From a virus, in the IMG/VR virus record IMGVR_UViG_3300010883_021048, positions 1 through 64,000 of that record: a stretch of 64,000 nt of DNA; one strand, written 5' to 3'. This document shows positions 31,385 to 40,276 of this stretch, piece by piece. Numbering within the stretch: the stretch's first letter is position 1; each line of letters starts with the position of its first letter. The position numbers were made by a program, and so were the translations under genes. The notes under the pieces are model-generated. The model worked only from the letters and a program-made list of their open reading frames with translations. It did no database searches and was not told the origin of the DNA.

Positions 31385-32139
31385 TATGAATCCCTTTCAA
31401 AGACAGGTATCGGTACCATCTTATGCTTGTTGGATCTATGAAACTTGTTATAAATTTCTAGTACTTCTCTCTCTCTGTCATTCACAGGCTCATTGTTAGG
31501 ATGCTGCATAGCCCTCTCTAGCTCATTGTATGTTGCACCTATTTGGTCTTCATCTGTTCTTCCATCATCCCACAGACCGTCGGTGGGGGGTGCGGTAACT
31601 ATAGAATCTAATACACCAAGTGACATTGCCATCTGTTTTACTTCTGACTTGTATAGATCAGCGATAGGAGATATGTCAACACCACCGTCACCGTACTTGG
31701 TAAAAAACCCAATCCCAAAATCTTCCACCTTGTTTCCTGTCCCAACCACTATACCGTTAGAAGTTGAAGCTATTTGGTAAAGCATCATCATCCTTAATCT
31801 TGATCGTGCATTTGCAAGGCTTAAGTCAGACGTTTCATCATCAGATAATGAAGAGCAAAACGAGTCAAACGTAGAAGTTAGATCTTTCGTTATGCTAACA
31901 ACATTTTTAGAATAATTTGATAGTAGCCACTCAGCATGGTCTATAGAGAGATCATCTTGCTTTTTTATCTGATGAATCGGAAGCCGTAATATAACAGTCT
32001 TTAATCCTGTCATCGCACAAAGAGTTGACACAAGAGAAGAATCTATACCACCAGATATTCCAACCACCAGAGCCTTTTTGTTAGCAGCCAAAGCGTATTT
32101 GCTTATCCAGCTTACTACGTCTTCTGGGGCTGGAATCAT
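31384..32139 (-). CDS. nadE: NH3-dependent NAD+ synthetase
   Basis: GISGGIDSS, NARSRLRM, GTGNKVED, FFTKYGDGGVD, PIADLYK, PTDGLW, HKM. Confidence 0.93.
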   Translation of the reverse strand: MIPAPEDVVSWISKYALAANKKALVVGISGGIDSSLVSTLCAMTGLKTVILRLPIHQIKKQDDLSIDHAEWLLSNYSKNVVSITKDLTSTFDSFCSSLSDDETSDLSLANARSRLRMMMLYQIASTSNGIVVGTGNKVEDFGIGFFTKYGDGGVDISPIADLYKSEVKQMAMSLGVLDSIVTAPPTDGLWDDGRTDEDQIGATYNELERAMQHPNNEPVNDREREVLEIYNKFHRSNKHKMVPIPVFERDS

Positions 32140-32141
32140 TT

Positions 32142-33365
32142 TTACCCTCCTACTCTAATTACCGTTATACCATCTTGATCAGCGATATAACGGTGGGGAT
32201 CGATAACAACAGATCCTTGCGGAAACGAAAAGTTTTTAAATTCTTCGTGTTTACATCCTATCAAGAAACAACTTGCAGCGAAAGCTGGCAACTCATCTCC
32301 CAATTTAGGATCATAGCTGGTCACTTCATGACCACGCTCAACTAATATATTCTCTAATAGTATAGCTGGCGAACCCAATATAAGATTGGTTTCTGGCTTA
32401 AATGATCTTCCCATTATAACCTTAGGGAGGTCATGTTCTTCCATCAGGTCAGCTAGCCAGTCTGTTTGCTTTTCTCTACAAATCATTAAACTTTCATACC
32501 AATCGTAGCTGACATCTAACTTCCTAGCTAGCCAAGATAAAGCAATATTGTCACGAGGATGGCAACCACCACCGTCACCCATACCACCTTGCATATATTT
32601 GGTACTAATTAATCTTTCTGTTGCTAAAAATAAACCGTCCATAACATTATCACAATTGACATTCTCTGACTTGTGCGCTACTTCCATAATGATATTCGCA
32701 AGACATATTTTCATCGTGATATAAGTGTTATAAGAAACTTTTATCATTTCGGCTTCTTCAATCGTACACTTATAAACAGGACGGTCATGAATAGTAGCGT
32801 AGAAGTCTCTAGCTGTTTCATAGGCCCCTTGATCATCAACACCAAAGAGAACAAACTCAGGTTGTGTAAAGTCTTTTATTGTGGTTCCCATCGCGATGAA
32901 GAAAGGATTATAGCATAGCTTTACCAATGGGCTGAGAATCGGCTTTATTTCTGACCTCACAGTACCGGGAAGTACTGTGGATATTATAATAACGATTTTC
33001 TCGTTGCCTTGAGCCTCTACCTCATTAGACAGTGTGCTGATCCCGGCTTTGAGCCAGGTGTAGTCAAAATCAACTCTCTCTTCTGGAATTCTCGTGGTTC
33101 CTTCGTATTTCGGATCATGCGGAGTCTGTATCGGAACAAAGATTATGTCTGAATTTTCTACAACTTCTTTAACACTTCCAAAATTGATGTTGTGTGTCTT
33201 TAAGAGTTCTGGTGCTCCTTCTTCTCTGTAGGGTAGCTCCTTTGTTTCTAAAATATTCTTAACATTTTCGTCTATGTCATAGCCCCAAACAGAGTGCCCT
33301 GCTTTCTCAATAGCCAGCGCACAAGGCAACCCAAGCTTCCCTAAACCAATAAAACCTACTCTCAT
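32142..33365 (-). CDS. ugd: UDP-glucose/GDP-mannose 6-dehydrogenase family
   Basis: GLGKLGLP, IISTVLPGT, YNPFF, AEMIKVSYN, GGGCHPRD, SFKPET. Confidence 0.85.
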   Translation of the reverse strand: MRVGFIGLGKLGLPCALAIEKAGHSVWGYDIDENVKNILETKELPYREEGAPELLKTHNINFGSVKEVVENSDIIFVPIQTPHDPKYEGTTRIPEERVDFDYTWLKAGISTLSNEVEAQGNEKIVIIISTVLPGTVRSEIKPILSPLVKLCYNPFFIAMGTTIKDFTQPEFVLFGVDDQGAYETARDFYATIHDRPVYKCTIEEAEMIKVSYNTYITMKICLANIIMEVAHKSENVNCDNVMDGLFLATERLISTKYMQGGMGDGGGCHPRDNIALSWLARKLDVSYDWYESLMICREKQTDWLADLMEEHDLPKVIMGRSFKPETNLILGSPAILLENILVERGHEVTSYDPKLGDELPAFAASCFLIGCKHEEFKNFSFPQGSVVIDPHRYIADQDGITVIRVGG

Positions 33366-33474
33366 TTTTTAAACTCCTTAAATACTCATTTTATGCTATT
33401 TAACAGATAACAGTTAAAGTTATCTTAAATCTATCTTCTAGAAAAATCTATATCCAATTATAACTGTCTTATTT

Positions 33475-34389
33475 CTATTTATCATGCTCTATCCCTTTAG
33501 CAATATAGTTTTCCTCAAATTGTCGCTGGTCTAAAGGTGGCTGGCCTCTTGAAAACATATTCATATAATATACTAACAAGCTACGATAGAATTGTTTGGC
33601 ATCAATAGGATTACCATGCTGCGTACAGCCATAACTATCTGTATATTTCATACCAAAATGGTTAATAGCTGTGGTGTGAAGCGGCCAGCGACCGGAAGAT
33701 ATTTCATATGTTGAATCTTCCAGCTTACATTCATTATCACTAGAAATTACACTCTCTGGTAGTTTATCCATACCAAGAATTTGTAGCGCTTGGTTAGCTT
33801 TCTCTAGAAATACTAGACTGGTTGGGTGCTGAGGAATCAGAAACAGATTTCTTTTTCCCATATTTTCTTCTATAAAAGAGCTAATCTTGATATCTGTAAC
33901 TTCTTCTTTTTGTCTAAGAATGCTTATCGTCTCTGCATGTCTTCTAGAGTATTCCCAATCTATCTTATCAGCGTCGTATAATGAAATAATATCTTCATCA
34001 GTTAAATTTTCCCTTAGACTCTCTATTACTTCTGAACCATACCATCTTTTACAACTAGCATAGTGCGCTGCTTGAGATATCGGCCAGAAAGCAGAGTAGT
34101 ATGTGTAGGGGAAAGATACCTTCTTACAGCTAGGCTTTAAAAGAGAGCCGATTGAATCCTTTACAGACGAATCAGTAGAATACTCACCGTGTCTTGCCTG
34201 TAGCGGCTGATACAGGAACAGGTCTGCTGTCTTAACGTGATCGTGATCTATCGTGTGCGCACCTTGCATGACCATCCAATTTGCGTATTGGTGTACTTCA
34301 TACACTTCTTCAAATTGCTTACTTTTCTGCATGAAATTAACCATGCCAGTGTTATGACAATTGCCCCAGAATACGGCTTTCTTCTTCAT
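33475..34389 (-). CDS. WcbI-like polysaccharide biosynthesis protein (putative acetyltransferase)
   Basis: N-terminal WGNC, DLFLYQP, and LFLIPQHPT (compare WcbI LF.T.NHP). Confidence 0.7.
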   Translation of the reverse strand: MKKKAVFWGNCHNTGMVNFMQKSKQFEEVYEVHQYANWMVMQGAHTIDHDHVKTADLFLYQPLQARHGEYSTDSSVKDSIGSLLKPSCKKVSFPYTYYSAFWPISQAAHYASCKRWYGSEVIESLRENLTDEDIISLYDADKIDWEYSRRHAETISILRQKEEVTDIKISSFIEENMGKRNLFLIPQHPTSLVFLEKANQALQILGMDKLPESVISSDNECKLEDSTYEISSGRWPLHTTAINHFGMKYTDSYGCTQHGNPIDAKQFYRSLLVYYMNMFSRGQPPLDQRQFEENYIAKGIEHDK

Positions 34390-34395
34390 AAGATG

Positions 34396-35232
34396 CTACC
34401 CCTCGCTTGAATGCCGGCCATCATAATTATCATCTTTCGTAGGATAGTAATCCCTGAACTGATGAATTAGTGGGTGCGAGGAAGATCTCCATTGTGCATG
34501 ATGAAGACATTGTATTGATTCTGGATTATTTCCTTGTTCATACCCAAGAAGACCAAAGCATACTGGTATTGTTACGTCGCCTGCAGCACCGACAGTCCAA
34601 TGAGAAGATACTAAATCCCTAAAGACATCATCATTTTCTTTTATAAACTTGTGCACGTTATTAAACGCTTCTGACTCGTAGATATAAGGCCAGCCGTAGT
34701 TGTCTACTTCAACCGCTGATGCTCCTGATACTTTCTTAAAAACATCATTCCAGTTCGGTGTTGTTGACCACTTAGGCCAGCTAGTGCAATAATTAACAGG
34801 CTCGCATATAAGCTTATGGTCGGTCGGCATAGTAAGCTTACCTCTGACTAAAACGTCTGTTTCCATCATAAGCATATAGGGTTTCTGCGCGTACTCTACA
34901 GCAGCTTTGTTTCTATCCAGCCAACTCATACCGGTATGATATAACTTATCAAAATACTCTTTTTCTTTTTGGTCAATGCAGGGAGAGCCTTTTGGTGAAA
35001 TTTCGTTTATTAGATACTCAGCCATCCCGGGTTTCTGGCACCACCCGCGAGCGTCGTCTTCAATCGTTGTTTTAAGAAACGGATGCTTCTTTTCCAAATA
35101 AGAAAAATCATTTCCGCCATCAGAAACTAGATATACTGGGCACTCTGGATAAATTGAATAAAGCTTCTCTAAAGAGTACTCTATGGCTTTACCCTCTGTG
35201 TAACACGTAAAAAACACACCAAAATCCGACAT
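34396..35232 (-). CDS. Putative GT-A glycosyltransferase
   Basis: IYPECPVYLVSDGG and MMETDVLVRG (ExD); GGAG RBS favours the ATG at 35232 over the track's TTG at 35244. Confidence 0.6.
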   Translation of the reverse strand: MSDFGVFFTCYTEGKAIEYSLEKLYSIYPECPVYLVSDGGNDFSYLEKKHPFLKTTIEDDARGWCQKPGMAEYLINEISPKGSPCIDQKEKEYFDKLYHTGMSWLDRNKAAVEYAQKPYMLMMETDVLVRGKLTMPTDHKLICEPVNYCTSWPKWSTTPNWNDVFKKVSGASAVEVDNYGWPYIYESEAFNNVHKFIKENDDVFRDLVSSHWTVGAAGDVTIPVCFGLLGYEQGNNPESIQCLHHAQWRSSSHPLIHQFRDYYPTKDDNYDGRHSSEG

Positions 35233-35301
35233 ATCTAACTCCAAATACCTGTAAATATATTAAAATAGCGTGAGCTATTTGTAATGGTTATCAATAAACC
35301 T

Positions 35302-35330
35302 ATTATATCGTAGCAGAAGTACATGTACAT
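35302..35330 (-). promoter_or_regulatory. Putative sigma70-type (early) promoter ATGTAC-17-TATAAT
   Basis: Intergenic; same CGATATAATA -10 context and TGTAC -35 at the same spacing as 22402-22430. Confidence 0.6.
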
Positions 35331-35388
35331 ACCAAAAATCAGACACATGCCTTAAACTTAAATTGCTACAAACTAGCTTCGATAGCGA

Positions 35389-36339
35389 TCATTTGCTCAT
35401 AATCTTTTCGACAGCCGGAAGATATACATTCTTAATAACGCTAGTCCATGAAAACGTCTCTGCGTACTGTCTTATTTCATGTCTCATAGATGAAGAAATT
35501 TCTGCATTTTCTTTGAGCACTGATTGTACGTAAGATGTATTTGTCATCATTCTTTCTGGAATAACATGTATAAACTCTTTGTCTAGATCTAAATTGCCGC
35601 AAGCAAACTCAGAAAGAACTAGACCCAATCCGGCAGACATGGCCTCCATGCAGACAAGAGGATGAGCTTCGCCGTCGCTGAGAAGAGCTAAGTTTGCGTA
35701 TCTTGTTAGATTATCATATAAATAGTCTTTACTCCATTCTCCAAGATACATGTCGGATGAAGCATTAAACCTGCTGTCTGCAATATTTCCTGCGTAGTAT
35801 AGGTCTTCTATATCTTGAAATATGTGTTGTCTTTTACGAAAGTCTACCTTTGCTAGGTACATTGAGCGATCTTTAAATTCACACTCTTCTGTGAACCTAA
35901 ACAAATCGTCCCTAACTCCGTTATGCACAACGTGTATATTTTCTTTGTTGAATCCGAGTGAGGAATAAATGTTGGCTATACCAGGAGAAAGAGCAAAAAT
36001 ATTAACGTCTGTACTTAAGAATGTCTGTAATATTCTTCTGTATCCCGGATCAAATCTATGGGGTTGCTCTAGATATCCATAGTGGCTCGTTATAGCTATA
36101 TTATCACAATTAATATGTGGTACAATATCTATATGTTCATCGTACTGCACGTGTACAAAGTCAGCATTAATAAGGTTTGTCTGTCTTATTATTTCATTCT
36201 TATCTCTGACATTTACAATGTGTACTTCATGACCTAAGTCTTCTAAGGAGCACCTCATATCATGAATTAATATTTCTACTGCGCCCCAACCCGTCGGTGG
36301 GATAGGCATAATCCCTGGTCCTATTATAGCAATCTTCAT
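35389..36339 (-). CDS. Glycosyltransferase, GT4
   Basis: IIGPGIMPIPPTGWGAVE, VVHNGV, RKRQH, SDGEAHPLVCMEAMSAGL. Confidence 0.88.
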   Translation of the reverse strand: MKIAIIGPGIMPIPPTGWGAVEILIHDMRCSLEDLGHEVHIVNVRDKNEIIRQTNLINADFVHVQYDEHIDIVPHINCDNIAITSHYGYLEQPHRFDPGYRRILQTFLSTDVNIFALSPGIANIYSSLGFNKENIHVVHNGVRDDLFRFTEECEFKDRSMYLAKVDFRKRQHIFQDIEDLYYAGNIADSRFNASSDMYLGEWSKDYLYDNLTRYANLALLSDGEAHPLVCMEAMSAGLGLVLSEFACGNLDLDKEFIHVIPERMMTNTSYVQSVLKENAEISSSMRHEIRQYAETFSWTSVIKNVYLPAVEKIMSK

Positions 36340-36341
36340 TG

Positions 36342-37361
36342 TTACTGCTCCTTTTCTTTTGCTTCTTCCTGCTTTAGTTTTATCAAGCAGCTTTCACAGA
36401 TACAGAAGTTGTTCTTGGCATTGCCAGTTCCGGCACCATCTATTGAGATCGACCATTCTTGCAAAACAGTAAAATCCAACTCGCGAGTTTCAACTATACT
36501 ACAATTTGCGCACACGAATGGTACCTGGATATGGTGAGCATTAAGATTCCCTATCACTGTTTCCATTGAGTCTTGGGATATATCTGGTTTCCCACCCATA
36601 AATCTTGGAAACTCTGAATGAGGCTTATCAACATGAAGCATCATTGGAGTTAAGCCGGCGGCGGTTAGAACCTTATGCCAATGATGTTGGTCTGGCCACG
36701 CAAAGTTACAAGGTAGTGTGCGAATAAGATCATAATTTTTTAAAAACCAGCAGTTCATATGAGACTCATCATGCCAATCTGCGCACATATTTCTATTAGA
36801 ATCACCATCGATCATAAGCTCAAGTTCATTGATCATTTTTTCAACTACTGACAACTCACCTCCCCATAAGCATCCTTGATGGTAAAGTTTATCATTGAGA
36901 TATGATATGCCGTATTCACCTGACTTAAGGATATTTGCGTTACTGTCGCCCTCGACTATAAACGCGTTCCATTCTGGGTTCTCGAAATTGCCTGGGTGTT
37001 GAACTCCGACTATCGGCTTAGTACCGTCTCCGAAGATTGTATCATAGTCTATTTTCTCTAAAGGAAACAAATCTGCATCTAGAAACAACACATCATCTAT
37101 TTTTCTTTTTTTCATTTCTTCAAGAGAAGCTTTGATGAATTTAAACCTTAGTAAAGTAACAAACGGCCAGCGATGGTGAGGAATGATAGTGCGAACAACA
37201 TCGTCTTTTTTAAACATATCTTCTTCTACTCTGTCACTAAATGCAAAAATAGTCTTTTCACAATCATTTAACAGATTGGATGACACTGCTTCATACCACC
37301 TCGGAAAGAAGTCTGCGTACCTGGAGGTACCAATAAACACTAAACCTATATTCTTTTTCAT
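36342..37361 (-). CDS. Glycosyltransferase family 6 (ABO-like alpha-1,3-Gal/GalNAc transferase) with a C-terminal Cys tail
   Basis: IGLVFIGTSRY, WPFVTLLRF, FLDADL, GVQHPG, YHQGCLWGG, WHDESHMN (GT6 hallmark). Confidence 0.88.
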   Translation of the reverse strand: MKKNIGLVFIGTSRYADFFPRWYEAVSSNLLNDCEKTIFAFSDRVEEDMFKKDDVVRTIIPHHRWPFVTLLRFKFIKASLEEMKKRKIDDVLFLDADLFPLEKIDYDTIFGDGTKPIVGVQHPGNFENPEWNAFIVEGDSNANILKSGEYGISYLNDKLYHQGCLWGGELSVVEKMINELELMIDGDSNRNMCADWHDESHMNCWFLKNYDLIRTLPCNFAWPDQHHWHKVLTAAGLTPMMLHVDKPHSEFPRFMGGKPDISQDSMETVIGNLNAHHIQVPFVCANCSIVETRELDFTVLQEWSISIDGAGTGNAKNNFCICESCLIKLKQEEAKEKEQ

Positions 37362-37369
37362 AAAAATTC

Positions 37370-38641
37370 CTAATTTTCGTTAGATAATGATACTTGCCAG
37401 CCGTATCTAGAGACATATTCTAAATTATTGTAGTAATCAACTAGATTTTCACAACTAAAGTCTTGTAATCTGTTCCAAAGCATTTCATTTTTTAAAAATG
37501 CAGGATTATATTTGCTACTGTCATTGCCACGAGGGTGCTCTAAGTGAACGACATATGATTTTGTCAGTCTAACAATCCGGCCACCCAGCTTTATAAAACG
37601 AAAATATCTTTCGACATCCTCTGCACCCCAAGACTTAAACTGTTCATTTTCGCCGCCGGCGGACTTGTAGAACTCAGTACGAACAAAGATACTTTGACCG
37701 TACGCAGCTGAATGCTTTATAGTATGGTCAGGATTTGCTAGCTTATAAAAATCATTCTGGAAAGTTGCTTGAATCAAAGCGCTGGAGACTTCCTTAACAT
37801 CAGAATTAAAAACACGAAGCTGATAATTTCCGTTGATGGCATGCTCATAAGGATATACAACATCAGCACCCAAACTGTGTAATGCACGAAGAGAAGAATC
37901 TATGCTAGCTGTCGGTAGTATTATATCGGCATCATGATTACAAACGTATAATGTATCGGCGAGATTAATCATCTTGTTTAAGTATCTGGTTCTATGAAAA
38001 GGCTCGCCGTCTTCTCGTAACTCGACAGTGCACTTTATTCTAGAGCGAAAGTTATTATATAGCTCGGCATCATTCGGCGTGATGACCGGACATGGGATAC
38101 CTAGATTAGTTGATGGTATACTATCATCTACGTAATTAGCAGCAAACTCATAAAAGCTTAGACTGCTATTCATATCAGAAGAAAAAGAAAATAGCTGCGG
38201 AAGCTCTAGGACTTTATACATAAAGAAAGTGAAGAAATCGGAAGTAGCACAATCAAATGCAGACAGATCTACAGGAGCCGGCTCATTCATAACATCATCA
38301 AGATGTGCATGATTCTGGATATAGTTTGTTAAGTCTTCAACATATTGAGAATCAGATTGCTCTCGGCGAGTCCCAAACCAACCGGGCATATTATCAGCAA
38401 TATTTTTTTTAGTATCACAAATATGAATGCGCAAATTTGCGTTAGTATTTAGTAAAATCCATGAAACAGTATAGGTTAGATTGTTAAATCTTTGACCACT
38501 ATCACCACCGAATGGTATCATAAAGGTAAGGTTTTTGTGATCTATTTTTTCGTCAAAACAATTCATAACGCTCAACGCTGAATCGATTCGAGGTAAGTTA
38601 CAGTCTGGCGGAACGCTTTGTCCTTCAGGAAACCATGTCAT
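37370..38641 (-). CDS. Glycosyltransferase with a GT7 C-terminal (galactosyltransferase-like) domain
   Basis: FHRTRYLN, NHDADI, GGENEQFKSWGAEDVE, HLEHPR. Confidence 0.8.
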   Translation of the reverse strand: MTWFPEGQSVPPDCNLPRIDSALSVMNCFDEKIDHKNLTFMIPFGGDSGQRFNNLTYTVSWILLNTNANLRIHICDTKKNIADNMPGWFGTRREQSDSQYVEDLTNYIQNHAHLDDVMNEPAPVDLSAFDCATSDFFTFFMYKVLELPQLFSFSSDMNSSLSFYEFAANYVDDSIPSTNLGIPCPVITPNDAELYNNFRSRIKCTVELREDGEPFHRTRYLNKMINLADTLYVCNHDADIILPTASIDSSLRALHSLGADVVYPYEHAINGNYQLRVFNSDVKEVSSALIQATFQNDFYKLANPDHTIKHSAAYGQSIFVRTEFYKSAGGENEQFKSWGAEDVERYFRFIKLGGRIVRLTKSYVVHLEHPRGNDSSKYNPAFLKNEMLWNRLQDFSCENLVDYYNNLEYVSRYGWQVSLSNEN

Positions 38642-38666
38642 TTGTTATATCCCTTATGATCATATT

Positions 38667-39479
38667 TTATGCAATTAGCCAGTGACTACAGTATATAGAA
38701 CTATAGTCTTTAGGCCCGGTGAGACCAAACCAGTCTTTTGGAGCTATTATTCGTGATGAATTAGACAACCATGCTGCCCACCAACTAAATGATGAATTCG
38801 CTATAACATGTGTATCACACATTGACATCATACACATATCCTCATATTGGTTTTTAGCATTAGAAAATGAAAACTCACTTGGCATATTTTTTTTGCACCA
38901 TTCAATATCATCAGAAAAAACCATGATATGAGTGTTGTCAAACGATGTGATGATATTATTTATGGCGATGTTATAGTAAGTTCCGTCCAGGTTTGTATGA
39001 TACTCTGGTTTTTCCGAGTAGTCACCTCTTCTAACATGCACGGCACAAAGGTTCATGTCTGGGATAAGACATCTTACTTTGTCTATTTTTAAAGCAGACG
39101 CAGATCTAACATCGCTAGCGAAATCGAATTCTTTCTTAATAATATCTTTGTTATGTCCGAAATAACTTTCTGACTGGAAAAATCCGTGAATGTCTGTATC
39201 ATCTCTAGTTAAGAATATATTAGGATCAAAAGCAAAGCTTGGCTCCCTGTATTGTCTGTCTATACTTTCCATACCAGAGGAGGAAATCACTTTGGCAGTT
39301 AATTGTGGAAATGCTTGAAGCAGCTCATATCTTCCCTTAAGCGGAAAATCAGATCTTTCAATCGAATCAGGAATAGCAAACTCAGTATCATAATGCTTGG
39401 CTAGAGACAGTAGCGTAGCATATTGAAACATTTGGTTTCCTAGTCTACCGTTTAATCCCAATCCGCTGTAGGTGTACAT
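38667..39479 (-). CDS. Glycosyltransferase family 11 (alpha-1,2-fucosyl/colitosyltransferase)
   Basis: GRLGNQMFQYA, GFFQSESYF, HVRRGDY, FSDDIEWCK, IANSSFSWWAAWL. Confidence 0.93.
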   Translation of the reverse strand: MYTYSGLGLNGRLGNQMFQYATLLSLAKHYDTEFAIPDSIERSDFPLKGRYELLQAFPQLTAKVISSSGMESIDRQYREPSFAFDPNIFLTRDDTDIHGFFQSESYFGHNKDIIKKEFDFASDVRSASALKIDKVRCLIPDMNLCAVHVRRGDYSEKPEYHTNLDGTYYNIAINNIITSFDNTHIMVFSDDIEWCKKNMPSEFSFSNAKNQYEDMCMMSMCDTHVIANSSFSWWAAWLSNSSRIIAPKDWFGLTGPKDYSSIYCSHWLIA

Positions 39480-40276
39480 TATTTTTCACCATGATGGAGA
39501 TGTCCATCTTTCTTCCATTGCCAATCGTATACTCTTTCTTCACGATCACCAGTGATTATAGATGTTTTCTTGTATAGTTCATAATATGTATCTGCTAGCA
39601 AGAGAGGAACCCTAGCGTCATAGTCATCACTTTTCTTTTGGGTATAATCGATTAATTTGTCAGGTAAATTAGCAAATGTAAAGTGTGGGAATGCTCGGAT
39701 CCAAAGATGCAAATCTTCTGCTAGTGGAAATATCTGTTCATATCCGCCCAATACATCTAACAACGCTCTAGAAAATATAACAGAAGGATGACAAATGGGA
39801 TTTTGTCCATACATCATCATTCCTTTAATTTCGTTATTTTCTTCCGGATATGTTACAGGAACTCCAAATGTTCCAACATCTTGAGGCTTACCGTTTTCAT
39901 CTAGCAAATTTATTTGAGTACCTAGCACATGTACGTCTGTGTTCTCTTTAAGATAGCTCATTTGCTTCTCTAATTTTTCTGGTAACCAATAATCGTCACC
40001 ATCCTGCCTGGCTATCCAGTCGCCGGCTGCTGATCTAAGACCGGTGTTTAGCGCAGGAACAATACCAGGTTTTGAACATTTTAAAATTTTGAGACCCGGC
40101 ATGTCTAAAAACTCGTTCTCTATAATCTCTATAGTGCTATCAGTGCAGTTGTTATCAACAACTATTGTTTCGAAATCTCGAAAAGTTTGATTCTTTATTG
40201 ACATCAATGAACGACGAATTGTGTCTTCGCAATTGTACAGCGGGATCACTATCGATACGGCGGGGCTTGTACTCAT
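39479..40276 (-). CDS. Glycosyltransferase, GT2
   Basis: VSIVIPLYN, VDNNCTD, ALNTGL, RQDGDD, HPSV, AEDLHLW. Confidence 0.92.
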   Translation of the reverse strand: MSTSPAVSIVIPLYNCEDTIRRSLMSIKNQTFRDFETIVVDNNCTDSTIEIIENEFLDMPGLKILKCSKPGIVPALNTGLRSAAGDWIARQDGDDYWLPEKLEKQMSYLKENTDVHVLGTQINLLDENGKPQDVGTFGVPVTYPEENNEIKGMMMYGQNPICHPSVIFSRALLDVLGGYEQIFPLAEDLHLWIRAFPHFTFANLPDKLIDYTQKKSDDYDARVPLLLADTYYELYKKTSIITGDREERVYDWQWKKDGHLHHGEK

